Shown here in pieces: positions 44,892 through 56,131 of a stretch of 64,000 nt of DNA. Under the pieces are notes generated by a model. It ran no database searches. It saw only the letters and a program-made list of their open reading frames with translations, and was not told the DNA's origin. Made by a program: the position numbers and the translations under genes. This DNA comes from an uncultured delta proteobacterium (GTDB taxonomy: Bacteria > Myxococcota_A > UBA9160 > PR03): the NCBI GenBank assembly GCA_963801625.1, contig CAWDFQ010000011.1, positions 18,147 through 82,146 on the forward strand, given 5' to 3'. The first letter of the stretch is position 1. Every line of letters starts with the position of its first letter.

Positions 44892-45734
44892 TCAGCCGAG
44901 CTGCTGCACCACGCTGCGGTAGTGGTCGAGAATCGGCAGCACCTTCTCGCGCGGTTCGGACGGAACACCGAAGATCGCGCGGGTGATGCCGCCGTCGCGC
45001 AGGCGCGCCAGCAGATCGCGATCGGGCGGGCAGTAGTAGATCGAGACTTCGATCGAAGCGGGATCGCGCCCCGCCGCTTCCGCCAGCTTGCGCAGCTCGG
45101 GCATGCGCGCGAGGGCGCCCTCCGGATCGCCGACCGGAAGCCAGCCGTCGCCGTAGCGGATCGCGCGCTTCGCCGCGCCCGGGAATCCGCCGCCGACGTG
45201 GATCGGCGGATGCGGCTTCTGAACCGGCTTCGGCCACGCGAAGATCGGATCGAAGTTCACGAACTCGCCGTGATACGCGGCCTGCTCTTCGCTCCAGATC
45301 GCCTTCATCGCCTCGACGCGTTCGCGCAGGATCCGGAAGCGCTTCTCGGAGCGCGTGCCGTGGTTCTCCATCTCCTCGGCGTTCCAGCCGCCCCCGATGC
45401 CGAATAGGAAGCGGCCCTGCGAGAGCTGGTCGAGCGACGCGACCTGCTTGGCGGTCTGGATCGGATCGCGCTGGATCAGCAGACACACGCCGGTAGCGAG
45501 CTTCAGCGTGCGCGTGACGCTCGCGGCGCTGGCGAGCGCGACGAACGGATCCATCGCTTCGTAGTAGATCTTCGGCAGCTCCCCGCCGCCCGGGTAAGGC
45601 GTCCGTCGGCTCACCGGAATGTGCGAATGCTCGGCGACCCAGATCGACTCGAAGCCGCGCTCCTCGGCGGCGACGGCGAGATCGGAAAAGCGCATCGAGG
45701 AGTCGGTCGAGAACGTGCAGAGTCCGACGTGCAT
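44892..45734 (-). CDS. LLM class (putatively F420-dependent) oxidoreductase
   Basis: GFESIWVAEHSH, DPFVAL, GRFLFGIGGGWN, PKPVQKPHPPI, YGDGWLP. Confidence 0.9.
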   Translation of the reverse strand: MHVGLCTFSTDSSMRFSDLAVAAEERGFESIWVAEHSHIPVSRRTPYPGGGELPKIYYEAMDPFVALASAASVTRTLKLATGVCLLIQRDPIQTAKQVASLDQLSQGRFLFGIGGGWNAEEMENHGTRSEKRFRILRERVEAMKAIWSEEQAAYHGEFVNFDPIFAWPKPVQKPHPPIHVGGGFPGAAKRAIRYGDGWLPVGDPEGALARMPELRKLAEAAGRDPASIEVSIYYCPPDRDLLARLRDGGITRAIFGVPSEPREKVLPILDHYRSVVQQLG

Positions 45735-45824
45735 GGAGGCTCTCCTTGGCGGGCTGCGAAGCTACCCATAGCCTGTCGCGGAACCGGTAGCATGCGCCGA
45801 TACGATACGGAGAGTGGAGGGTGC

Positions 45825-46478
45825 ATGGGCGAGCTCGATGCGCTGTTCGCGAACAACCGGGCCTGGGCGCACGCCATGAAGCAATCCGACGCCGGGTTCT
45901 TCGAGCGGCTTTCGCGTCAACAGGCCCCGCAATTCCTCTGGATCGGTTGTTCCGACAGCCGCGTGCCCGCCAACCAGATCGTCGGCCTCGCGCCGGGCGA
46001 GTTGTTCGTGCAGCGCAACGTCGCGAATCTCGCCGTCCACACCGATCTGAATTTCCTCTCGGTGTTGCAATTCGCGGTGGACGTGCTCGGCGTCCGTCAC
46101 GCAATCGTCTGCGGTCACTACGGTTGCGGCGGCGTCGGCGCGGCCGCGCGCGGCGACCGGCTCGGTCTGATCGACAATTGGCTGCGCCACGTCCGCGACG
46201 TCTGCGAGAAGCACGCGGCGCCGCTGGCCGCAATTTGCGACGAGAAGAAGCGCATCGACCGGCTCTGCGAGCTGAACGCGATCGAGCAGGCGTGGAACGT
46301 CAGCCAGACCACCGTGGTCCTCGACGCCTGGAAGCGCGGGCGCGATCTCAGCGTGCACGCCTGGGTCTACGGCATCGGGGACGGCCTGCTGCGCGATCTC
46401 GACTGCTCGATCGCGAATCCCCACGAAGCCCCGCTTCGCCATGCCGCTGCGCTGCGAGCGCTCGGCGCCAATCCCTGA
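45825..46478 (+). CDS. can: Beta-class carbonic anhydrase
   Basis: IGCSDSRVP, RNVAN, CGHYGCGG. Confidence 0.95.
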   Translation: MGELDALFANNRAWAHAMKQSDAGFFERLSRQQAPQFLWIGCSDSRVPANQIVGLAPGELFVQRNVANLAVHTDLNFLSVLQFAVDVLGVRHAIVCGHYGCGGVGAAARGDRLGLIDNWLRHVRDVCEKHAAPLAAICDEKKRIDRLCELNAIEQAWNVSQTTVVLDAWKRGRDLSVHAWVYGIGDGLLRDLDCSIANPHEAPLRHAAALRALGANP

Positions 46479-46501
46479 TCCGCCAACCACTGTTTCCCAT
46501 C

Positions 46502-46517
46502 TGGCACGCGCGCTGCA
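46502..46517 (+). promoter_or_regulatory. sigma54 -24/-12 promoter of the hydrogenase operon
   Basis: TGGCACGCGCGCTGCA (GG-N10-GC), 50 nt before the ATG. Confidence 0.75.
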
Positions 46518-46566
46518 AAGATTGCTTCACGACTTGCACGCTTCGGTGGGACGCGGAAGGTGGGAC

Positions 46567-47745
46567 ATGAGTGACGTTTCCTGGGGCGGCGTGACACAGC
46601 CTTCGGCGGGAGACCGCGAGGCGCCGCCCGCACACTGGTTGCCGCGCGCGCAACTACAACGTCTGCTCGATGCGCTGCTCGCTCGCGGCTACCGCGTGCT
46701 CGGTCCCGTGGTACGCGACGCGGCGCTGCACTTCGACGAGCTGAAGTCGATCGACGGAGCTGCCGGTCGGCTGGCGCGACGAGCAGGGACCGGGCCGCTA
46801 CCGGCTCGCGCAGACCGACGGCCGCACGTGTTCGGCGTCGTGAATGGACCGGGCGGCATCAAGCGCCACGTCTTCGCGCCGCGTGAGCCGCTGCTCCAGA
46901 TCGAGATGGACGGCCCCGGCCAGGGCTTCCGCGCGCGAGCGGATCTCCCCGAGCCGCCGCGCAGCCGCGCTGCTCGGCGTGCGCGGCTGCGACCTCGCCG
47001 GCCTCGCGGTGCAGGACCGCATCTTCCTGCACGACCGCTTTCCCGATCCGCACTACGCCGCGCGCCGCGCGGGATTGCTGCTGGTCGCGGTCGGCTGCAC
47101 GCGCGCGGTCGACACCTGCTTCTGCGCGTCGATGGGACACCGGACCCGGCGCCGACGCGGCCGACTACGACGTCGCGCTGACCGAAGCTGGACGGACGGC
47201 TTCGTCGCGCGCACCGGCAGCGACGCGGGGCGCGATCTGCTGGCCGCGCTCGCCCTCGGGCGCGCGGCGCGACGCCGTGCTCGGCCGCGAGCGCGATGCC
47301 TACGCAGCCTGCGCCGCCGGATGCAGCGCAGCGCTCCCGCGCGAAGCGCTGCGCGACCTGCTCTACGCGAACCTCTACCACCCGCGCTTCGACGCAGTCG
47401 CGGCGCGCTGCCTCTCGTGCGCCAACTGCACGATGGTGTGCCCCACCTGCTTCTGTCACGACGTGCGCGACGAGCCGTCGCTCGACGGCGCCGTCGAGTG
47501 TCCGCGTGCGCGACTGGGACTCGTGCTTCAACCCCGAGCACGCCCAGGTGCACGGCTCGAACTTCCGGCCGCACGTCCGCGAGCGCTACCGCCAGTGGCT
47601 GGTCCACAAGCTCGCGAGCTGGGTCGACCAGTTCGGCGCCTCGGGCTGCGTCGGCTGCGGCCGCTGCATCAGCTGGTGTCCAGTCGGCATCGACCTGACC
47701 GAGGAGGTGGCGGCGATCGCGGCGACGCCGGGAGCGATGTCGTGA
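46567..47745 (+). CDS. hydB: Group 3b hydrogenase Fe-S subunit beta (multiple frameshifts)
   Basis: [49 protein letters not shown]. Confidence 0.85.
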
Positions 47746-48600
47746 CCGCGCGCGCCGTGCAGGCGCCGCCGATCGCGATGCTCCCGGAGCCGGCGGTGAT
47801 CGTCGACGAAGCGCTCCTTCGGGCCGCGAGATCCACGCCTACCGTCTGCGCCTGCTCGATCCGACCGCGCGCCCGCGCTTCGACTTCCTGCCGGGCCAGT
47901 TCAACATGGTCTACGCGCCGGGCGTCGGCGAAGTGGCGATCTCGATCTCGTCGGACCCGGACGAGGAAGACCTCGAGCACACGATCCGCATCGTCGGCCG
48001 CACGACGCGGGTGATCGACGGCCTCGAGGCCGGGCGACGTGGTCGGGCTGCGCGGTCCCTACGGCAACGGTTGGCCGCTGCGCGAGGCGCGCTTCAAGGA
48101 CCTGCTGGTCGTGACCGGCGGACTCGGCTGCGCGCCGGTGACGGGCGCGATCGACTACGTGTTCCGGCGCCGCGCGAGCTACGGACACGTCACCATCCTG
48201 CACGGCGTGAAGAAGGCCGCCGACCTCGTGCACCACTCGCGCTTCGAGGCCTGGCGGCGCGAGCCCAACACCACCGTGCTACTCACCGCCGACCAGCCCG
48301 ACCGCGCCTGGCGCGACCGCAGCGGCGTCGTGACGGAGCTCTTCGAGGAGGTGGAGATCGACGCCCGGCCGCACCGTCGTCCTGATGTGCGGACCCGAGG
48401 TGATGATGCGCTACGCGATCCGCATCCTGCGCGCGCGCGGCGTCCCCGACGATCGGATCTTCCTGTCGCTCGAGCGCAACATGAAGTGCGCGGTGGGGCT
48501 CTGCGGACACTGCCAGCTCGGACCCGAGTTCGTCTGCAAGGACGGCCCGATCTTTCCGCTCGCGCAGGTCGAGCGCTTCTTCGGAGTGCGCGGGCTGTGA
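47742..48600 (+). CDS. hydG: Group 3b hydrogenase FAD/NAD(P)-binding subunit gamma (frameshifts)
   Basis: [46 protein letters not shown]. Confidence 0.85.
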
Positions 48601-49390
48601 CGGCCAGAAGCCGAAGCTCGCCGTCTTCAAGTTCGCCTCGTGCGACGGCTGCCAGCTCCAGCTGCTGAACCTCGAGGACGAGCTGCTTGCGCTGGCCGAG
48701 CGCGTCGAGATCGCGCATTTCCTGGAGGCGTCGAGCCGCGTCGAGCGACGGACCCTGGGACGTGGCGCTCGTCGAGGGCAGCGTCACGACGGCGCACGAC
48801 GCCGAGCGCATCCGCGAGATCCGCGAGCGAGCCGAAGTTCCTGGTCACGATCGGCGCCTGTGCGACCAGCGGCGGCATCCAGGCGCTGCGCAACGTTGCG
48901 GACGTCGAGGCTGGAAGCGGCAGCGTCTACCCGCACCCGGAGTGGATCCGAGACGCTCGCCACCTCGACGCCGATCTCCGAGCACGTGCACGTCGACGCC
49001 GAGATCCAGGGCTGCCCGGTGGACAAGCGAGCCAGGTGCTGCGCGTGCTGGTGCGCCTGCTGCTCGGCGCGCACCCCGGACCTGCCGGTCGCGAGCGTGT
49101 GCATCGAGTGCAAGCGGCGCGGCGACGACCTGCGTGCTGGTCGTCGCGCGGCGATTCCCTGCCTGGGCCCGGTGACGCGAGCCGGCTGCGGCGCGATCTG
49201 CCCGAGCCCTGGGACGCGATTGCTACGGCTGCTTCGGGCCCGCGGCGGACGCGAATCCGGCGTCGCTGGTGAGACACTTCGAGGCCGTCGGGCCTGTCGC
49301 GCGGCGATGCGCTCCGGCGCCTGCGCCACATCAACGGCTGGCGCCGCGAGTTCCGCGACGCTCGCCGAGGCTCTGGAGAGCGAGGCGTGA
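48597..49390 (+). CDS. hydD: Group 3b hydrogenase small subunit delta (frameshifts)
   Basis: KFASCDGCQ, VEGSVTT, GACATSGG, GCP, VCIECK, CLGPVTRAGCGAICP, CYGCFG. Confidence 0.85.
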
Positions 49391-50707
49391 CTGAGACGCC
49401 GCACGCATCGACGTCGGGGCGCTCGCGCGCGTCGAAGGCGAAGGCGCTCTGCACCTGCGCGTCGGAGAGCGACCGCGTCGTCGACCTGCGCCTCGAGATC
49501 TACGAACCGCCGCGCTTCTTCGAGGCCTTCGTGCGCGGCCGCCGCGCCGAGCGAGCTGCCCGACCTGCTGTCGCGCATCTGCGGCATCTGTCCGGTGGCG
49601 TATCAGATGAGCGCGGTGCACGCGATCGAGGCGGCCTGGGGCGTCGAGCTGCACCCGCAGGTGCGCGCGCTCCGGCGGCTCTACTACGCCGGCGAGTGGA
49701 TCGAGAGCCACCTGCTCCACATGATCTTCCTCGACGCGCCGGACTTCCTGCGCCTCGACGACGCGCATCGAGATCGCGCGCCTGCACCGTCACCGAAGTC
49801 GAGCGTGCGCTGCGGCTGCGCAAACTCGGCAACCGCATCCTGATCCTGCTCGGCGGCCGTTCGGTGAACCCCGTCGGCGTGAAGATCGGCGGCTTCCACC
49901 GCATTCCGACGCGGCTCGGAACTCGCAGAACTGGGCGACGAACTGCGGCGCGCGCGCGGCGAAGCCGAGGCGCTGCTGCGCTGGTTCGCCACGCTGCCGG
50001 TGCCGTGCGCGCCCGCAGGACATCGAGCTGGTCGCGCTGCGGCATCCGAGCGAGTACCCGATGAATGAGGGGCGCATCGTCTCCTCGAAGGGCGTCGACG
50101 CGGCCGTCGCCGGAATGGGAGGCGACCTTCGAGGAAGTCCAGGTACCGCACTCGACGGCACTGCACGCACGGCTGCGTCGCGACGGCGGTTCGTATCTCG
50201 TCGGGCCGCTCGCGCGCGTGACGCTGAACTCCGACCGCCTCTCTCACAGCGCGACGGCGGCGCGCGCGGCGCTCGCGCATCGCTTTGCCACGCCCGACCC
50301 CGCGTCGTCGGTGTTCGCGCGCGGCATCGAAGTGCTGCAGGCGATCGACGAGGCGATTGCCGCGATCGAGCGCTTCGAGCCGTTCCCCGCGCAACCCGAG
50401 CCGGCGCCCCGCGCGGGCATCGGACACGGCGCGACCGAAGCGCCGCGCGGGCTGCTCTACATCGCGGTGGAGACCGATGCGGCAGGCGATCGTGCGCGAC
50501 CTCCGCATCGTGCCGCCCACCTCGCAGAACCAGGCGCAGATCGAGGCCGATCTGCGCGCGCTGGCGCCGGCGATCCTCGCGCTTCCCGAAGACGAGGCGC
50601 GCCGCGCCTGCGAGGCGGCGATCCGCGACTACGACCCCTGCATCTCGTGCGCGACGCATTTCCTCACCCTCACGATCGAAAGGAGCGAAGCATGCGCGTC
50701 CACGTGA
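49387..50707 (+). CDS. hydA: Group 3b NiFe hydrogenase large subunit alpha (frameshifts)
   Basis: ARVEGEG, EPPRFFE, L1 RICGICP, EAPRG, PPTSQN, L2 DPCISCATH plus short cleavable tail. Confidence 0.88.
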
Positions 50708-51156
50708 TCGGCGTCGGCAGCGCCTTCGGCGACGACGCGGCCGGCCTCGCCGTGGCCGAGCTGCTGGGGCGGCGCGCGCTGCCCGAGCAGATCACGGTTG
50801 TGCGCTGCGAGCGACCGATGCCCGATCTGCTCGACGCGCTCGACGAAGTCGAGGGCATCGTGCTCATCGACGCGACCCGAAGCGGGGCCCCGATCGGCAG
50901 CGTGCGTCACCTGCGCGCCGGCGAAGTCACGCGCGCGAAGGCCACGTCGTCGCACGGCTTCGGCGTGGCGAGCGCGCTGCTGCTGGCGCAGACGCTGGGG
51001 TGTCGCGCCGCTCGCGTGGAGTGGATCGGAATCGAGGCGGGTCCCCGTCGCTGGGGCGATCCACTCAGCGCGGCGGTCGAAGGCGCGCTCCCCGAGGCGG
51101 CCGCGCTCGCACTCAGGCTCGCCCGTGAAATCGCGGGCTTGGACGCAAGGAGGTGA
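50692..51156 (+). CDS. Hydrogenase maturation endopeptidase
   Basis: [22 protein letters not shown]. Confidence 0.85.
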   Translation: MRVHVIGVGSAFGDDAAGLAVAELLGRRALPEQITVVRCERPMPDLLDALDEVEGIVLIDATRSGAPIGSVRHLRAGEVTRAKATSSHGFGVASALLLAQTLGCRAARVEWIGIEAGPRRWGDPLSAAVEGALPEAAALALRLAREIAGLDARR

Positions 51157-51260
51157 TGCGATGCGGGCGGCGAGGCCCTACCGCCCGCCGCTGACTCTCG
51201 CGGAGCGATACGCCGCGCGCCTCCCTGGAGAATCGCGTGGCGTTTCCCTATCGATTCGGG

Positions 51261-52280
51261 ATGGCTGAGCCCACGCTGCATTTCGCTTCGACGCGCGATG
51301 GATGGCGCCTCGCGTTGCACCATCGTCCGCCCTCCCGAGGCGATCACGGCACGCCGGTGATCCTCTGTCACGGGATGGGCTCGAACCGCTTCAACATGGA
51401 CGGCCCGGGCCGCGCGAGTCTGGCCCGCCACTTGAGCGATTCGGGTTACGACGTCTGGGTGCTCGAGCTGCGGGGTGCTGGGAAGTCGCGCCGCCGGCTG
51501 CGCGTTCCGCCGGTGCCCTGGTCGTGGACCTTCGAGGACTACGTCCAGCACGACGTCCCGGCCGCGCTGCATCTGGTGCGCGAATCGACCGGTCACTCCC
51601 GCCTGCTCTGGGTCGGTCACTCGCTCGGCGGCATGATCGCCTACGCCAGTCTCATGACACCCGCGGCGGAGTCGTTCGCGGGCGTCGTCACGCTCGGCTC
51701 GCCCGGCATGACCGATGTCGGCCACGAGGCGATCGACCGCTGGATCCGACTGCGGCGCCTGCTGAAGTTCGCGCCCGCGCGGATTCCGTCGCGGCTCTTC
51801 GCGTGGACGGCGGCGCCCTTCGCGGGCCTGATCGCCTCCAGCTTCAGCAACGTGGTGCGCGACTGGTTCTGGCATCCGGACAACATCGATCTCTCGACCG
51901 TCCGCTTCATGATGCGCAATGGCGTCGAAGATCTGCCGCGCGCGTTGATGGTGGAGTTCGCGCGCTGGTACGAGGCGAAGCGGATGAGTGACCGCTACGC
52001 GCTGTTTGCCTTCGGAGACCACCTGGAGCGCATCAAGGTGCCGATCCTGGTGATCGCCGGCTCACGCGATCGCCTGACGCCGCCCACCGATCTCGAGCGC
52101 CTGGTCGAACGCCTCGGCTCGAGCGACAAGACCTACTTCTTGGCTGGGCACGCGTCCGGACTGGCACACGCCTACAGCCACGTCGACCTGGTGCTCGGAC
52201 GCCATGCGCCGGACGAGATCTACCCGGTCGTGACGGAGTGGCTCGACTCCCACAAACCAGTGGCGGCGCGCGCCCGCTGA
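51261..52280 (+). CDS. Alpha/beta hydrolase (Ser nucleophile)
   Basis: CHGMGSN, ELRGAG, GHSLGG, D and HVDL catalytic-like residues. Confidence 0.85.
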   Translation: MAEPTLHFASTRDGWRLALHHRPPSRGDHGTPVILCHGMGSNRFNMDGPGRASLARHLSDSGYDVWVLELRGAGKSRRRLRVPPVPWSWTFEDYVQHDVPAALHLVRESTGHSRLLWVGHSLGGMIAYASLMTPAAESFAGVVTLGSPGMTDVGHEAIDRWIRLRRLLKFAPARIPSRLFAWTAAPFAGLIASSFSNVVRDWFWHPDNIDLSTVRFMMRNGVEDLPRALMVEFARWYEAKRMSDRYALFAFGDHLERIKVPILVIAGSRDRLTPPTDLERLVERLGSSDKTYFLAGHASGLAHAYSHVDLVLGRHAPDEIYPVVTEWLDSHKPVAARAR

Positions 52281-52286
52281 CGGGCT

Positions 52287-53063
52287 TCAGCCTTCGGGAG
52301 CGGCGCTCATCAGTTTCGCCAGCGCGTCGGGCTGGAGCAGGACCATCCGCTGGCGCCGGCGGGTGACCAGACCTTCCTTGCCGAGTTCACCGAGCGCCTG
52401 ATTGACGGTCTGGCGCGTGGCGCCCACCAGCGTTGCGAGTTCTGCCTGTGTGATCGGAATGTCGATCACGACGAGATCGCCGTCGCGTCGCCCGAAACTC
52501 CGCGCGAGCTCGGAGAGCATGCGCGCGACGCGGATCCGCACCGAGTGGAACACGAGGTCCTCGACGCGCGCCTCGACGCGCTTCAAGCGTTCGCCCATCT
52601 GCTGCGCGATCGCGAGGACGAGTGAGGGCCGCGACGCCATCAGACGCTGAAACGGTTCGCGCGCAATCCTCCAAACCAGGGACGCCTGAACGGCCTGCGC
52701 GAAGCTCTCGCGCGGATAATCGCCGAAGGCCAGCAGCTCGCCGAATACTTCCCCCGGCGCCACGTAGCCGAAGCTCGTCTCGCAACCCGCCTCCGACACG
52801 CGATAGACGCGTGCCAGTCCCGTCTCGACCAGGTACACCGACTCCGGATTCGCAGTCGGTGCGAAGATCAGCTCGCCGACGGCGTAACGCTTCGAGAAGC
52901 CAGAGCGCTGCAGTAACTGGATGGCCGTGGATCCCAGTTCGCGCAGCCAATCGATGCGCCGCAGCGAAGAAATCTCGACGTGATCCACTCCCACGCCCGC
53001 CTCGGCGTGCGCCTGCGCTCCATTCGTCCGGACCCGCTCCTGAATCATCGGTTGGCTCTGCAA
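52287..53063 (-). CDS. Crp/Fnr family transcriptional regulator
   Basis: cNMP-like domain (GEVFGE), HTH ITQAELATLVGATRQTVN; AGGAGG RBS before TTG start. Confidence 0.92.
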   Translation of the reverse strand: MQSQPMIQERVRTNGAQAHAEAGVGVDHVEISSLRRIDWLRELGSTAIQLLQRSGFSKRYAVGELIFAPTANPESVYLVETGLARVYRVSEAGCETSFGYVAPGEVFGELLAFGDYPRESFAQAVQASLVWRIAREPFQRLMASRPSLVLAIAQQMGERLKRVEARVEDLVFHSVRIRVARMLSELARSFGRRDGDLVVIDIPITQAELATLVGATRQTVNQALGELGKEGLVTRRRQRMVLLQPDALAKLMSAAPEG

Positions 53064-53113
53064 AGTCGACCTCCTGGTCTTGCGGTATCACATCGGCGCG
53101 CACGCCATCGGTA

Positions 53114-53129
53114 AGCAACTGCCATGCCG
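53114..53129 (-). promoter_or_regulatory. sigma54 -24/-12 promoter of the Crp/Fnr gene
   Basis: CGGCATGGCAGTTGCT on the minus strand. Confidence 0.75.
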
Positions 53130-53246
53130 CGCTGCGGATGCAGCAGAACGCGCGAGCTGAGACGGATTGACTCAGTCGGGCGAACAGCGCGGGGCGTCGC
53201 GTCTCCCCCACTGACCCGTGGCTGCCGCTCTCCGGCTGCGAGCGAC

Positions 53247-53262
53247 CGGCACGTCGCGTGCA
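53247..53262 (+). promoter_or_regulatory. sigma54 -24/-12 promoter of CBS gene 1
   Basis: CGGCACGTCGCGTGCA, followed by GGAGG RBS. Confidence 0.7.
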
Positions 53263-53289
53263 CCGTTCCCACTCGAGGGAGGACCCTTG

Positions 53290-53721
53290 ATGCCGCTCGC
53301 TTCGATTCCCGTCTCGCGGATCATGCGCACGGAGTTCGCGTCGTTGCGCGAGACGGATCGTCTGGACCTGGCCGATCAGATCATGAAGCTCGGCCGCGTG
53401 CGGCATCTGCCGGTGCTCGACCCGGATGGCCGAATCATCGGCATCGTGTCGAATCGCGACTTGCTCTCGGCGTCGCTGACCAACGTGCTCGATTTCGAGC
53501 GCGAGCAACGCCAGGGCTTCCTGCGCTCGGTGGACGTCGCGGAGGTGATGACGCGCGAAGTCGAGACGATCGCTCCCGATGCGCCGCTCGCCGCTGCTGC
53601 CAGCCGGCTCGTCGCGCATCGCATCGGATGTCTGCCGATCGTGGGCGACGACCGCGTGATGGTCGGACTCGTCACCGAGACTGATCTGCTGGCCGCTGCC
53701 TTCCTGGGGACTGCCGAGTAG
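53290..53721 (+). CDS. Tandem CBS-domain protein
   Basis: VRHLPV...GIVSNRDL; IGCLPIV...GLVTETDLL. Confidence 0.92.
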   Translation: MPLASIPVSRIMRTEFASLRETDRLDLADQIMKLGRVRHLPVLDPDGRIIGIVSNRDLLSASLTNVLDFEREQRQGFLRSVDVAEVMTREVETIAPDAPLAAAASRLVAHRIGCLPIVGDDRVMVGLVTETDLLAAAFLGTAE

Positions 53722-53917
53722 GCGCGAGCACGACGTCGGATTCGTTCGCGTCGGCTTCGCCCTCCACCTCGGGCGCGTGATCGTCGTCCAGGAAATGACG
53801 CGCGGCCGGGCCGTCCCAATCGTCGAAGTCGCCGCGCGAAACCGCGCGCACGACGAGCGCGAGCAGGCCCCCGGCGAACAGCAGGCTCACGGGGATCGTG
53901 ATCCAGAGAAAACTCAT
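53672..53917 (-). CDS. ccoS: cbb3 oxidase assembly protein CcoS
   Basis: MSFLWITIPVSL, GDFDD, position after ccoI. Confidence 0.8.
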   Translation of the reverse strand: MSFLWITIPVSLLFAGGLLALVVRAVSRGDFDDWDGPAARHFLDDDHAPEVEGEADANESDVVLAPTRQSPGRQRPADQSR

Positions 53918-56131
53918 CGCGGCGGCCTCCAAGCCAGCAGCCGGACCGCGTTTCCGGTCACCACCAGCGACGACAGGCTCATCGCGATCGCCGCCGGCAG
54001 CGGATCGAGCGCGCCGAACGCGGCAAGAGGTACCGCGACGACGTTGTAGAGCACGGCGAACGCGAGGTTCTCACGCACGCGGCGCAGCGTCGCGCGTGCC
54101 AGGCCGACGGCGTCGGCGAGCGCGCCGAGGCGCGGCGCGCGCACCACCACGTCGGCGGCGTGGATCGCGACGTCGGCGCCACGTCCCATCGCGAAACCGA
54201 CGTCGGCGGCGGCCAGCGCGGCGGCGTCGTTGATGCCGTCGCCGGCCATCAGCACAGCGTGGCCGGCGGCGCGGACGCGCTGCACATGCTCGACCTTCTG
54301 CTCGGGACGCATGCCGGCGTAGCGCTCCTCGATCCCGGCCCGCGAGGCCGCCATCGCGACGGCGTCGGCGTGGTCGCCCGACACGAGCGTCGACCGAGAG
54401 TCCCAACTTGCGCAGACGCGCGACGGCGTCCCGCGCGTCCGGCCGCGGCGGATCGCCGAGCGAGACGACGCCGAGGACCCGCTCGGCCTCGGCGACGAAA
54501 GCCAACGAGGCACCCTGCGCGCCGAGCTGGCGCGCGGCTTCGTCCAGATCGCGATCGATCGCGACGCCGCACTCCGCAAGCAGCTCTCGCGATCCGACGA
54601 CTCCGCGGCCCGCCGCGTCGACGGCCACGACGCCGCGACCCGGCAGCGCGCTCCGCCCGCCGCGCGCGACCGGTGCGGCGAGCCCGCGCCGCTCGAGCTC
54701 GCGCGCGAAGCGCTTCGGCGACCGGATGCGTCGACGCGCCCTCGATCGCGACGGCGCTGCGCGAGGACGTCGGCGTCGTCGAAGCCGCCGGCGGCGAGCG
54801 ACGCGCTCGACGGCGAGGCGTCCCGTCGAGAGCGTGCCGGTCTTGTCGAGCAGCACGGCGGTCACAGCGGCGCAGCGCTCGATCGCCTCGCCGCTCTTCA
54901 CGAGCACGCCGAAGCGAGCGCCGCGCGTCCGATCGCGGCCGTCACCGCCGCTGGCGTCGCGAGGCCCAGCGCGCACGGGCAGGCGACGATCAGCACCGCC
55001 GCGCGGTCATCGCGACCTCGAGCGGCGTCGCTCCCGCGCAGCGGCCAGCCGAGCGCCGTCAGCGCGGTCACAGCGAGCACCGCCGGGGCGAAGACGGCTG
55101 CGACGCGGTCGGCCATGCTGCTGGATCTGCGGTCGTTCGAGCTGCGCGCGCTCGAGCAGCGACGCGAGCCGCGCGAGCGTTCCGTGGCCTGCGCCGCGCA
55201 TGCACGTCGACTTCGACTTCCGCCAGCACGTTGCGGCTGCCGCCCGTCACGCAGTCGCCGCAGCTACGCGCGACCGGAGCGACTCGCCGGTGAGCAGCGA
55301 CTCGTCCACCTCGGTGGCGCCGCAGCGCGATCGCGCCGTCGGCCGGAAACGCCTGGCCGGGCGCGACCACCACGCGATCGCCGGGCTCGAGCGCGCTCGC
55401 CGGGAACTTCCTCGACGACGTCGCCGCGGCGGCGCAGGGCCGTCGCGGGCGCCAGCGCCGCGAGCTGCTCGACGGCGCGCGAGGCGCGCGCGCGCGCGCC
55501 GCGCTCGAGCGTGCGGCCGAGCAGGATCAGGAACACGATCATCGCCGCCGAGTCGAGGAAGACGTGCGTGACGCCTTCCAGCGTGCCCGCCAGGCTCGCG
55601 GCGAAGGCGGTGCCGATCCCGAGCGCAACGGGCAGGTCGATGGTGATCTCGCCGCGGCGCAGCCCCGCCCAGGCGCCGCGCCAGAACGGCGCCGCACACC
55701 AGAGTCACCGCCGGCAGCGAGAGCGCGAGCCCGAGCCAGCGCAGCGCCGTTGCGGTCGCCGGGATCGATGCCCTGGTAGGTGCCGAGGTAGAGGCCCGAC
55801 CGAGATCATCATCACGTTGGCGGCGAGGAAGGCGGCGACGAGCAGGCGCACGAGCGCGCTGCGCGCCTCGCGCGTCGCCGGCCGCTCGAGCGCGTCGAGG
55901 TCGTAGGGCGTCGCCTCGTAGCCGAGCGCGCGCACGCGCGCGACGAGCGCTGCGACGTCCACGCGCGCCGGGTCGAAGCGCACGCAGCGCGCGGTGCGTG
56001 GTGTGGTTGACGCTGCGCCTCGCCGACGCCCGGCGACGCGCGCAGGCTCGCGCTCGACGCGCGCGACGCAGCCGGCGCAGCGCAGTCCGTCGAGGAAGAG
56101 GCCGGTCTCGGCGGGCAGCGGCTGCGCTCAT
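53914..56131 (-). CDS. ccoI: Cu-transporting P1B ATPase CcoI/FixI (heavily frameshifted)
   Basis: HMA CAGC, DESLLTGES, ACPCALGLATP, DKTGT, GDGINDA, MSLSSLVV. Confidence 0.85.

Noticed and set aside
49387-50707. NiFeSe hydrogenase or Asr sulfite reductase
   Set aside because: L2 motif DPCISC is encoded by Cys codons with no TGA; NiFe large and small subunits are present and there is no AsrC
51261-52280. PHA synthase PhaC
   Set aside because: Nucleophile elbow is GHSLGG (Ser), not the G-x-C-x-G of PhaC
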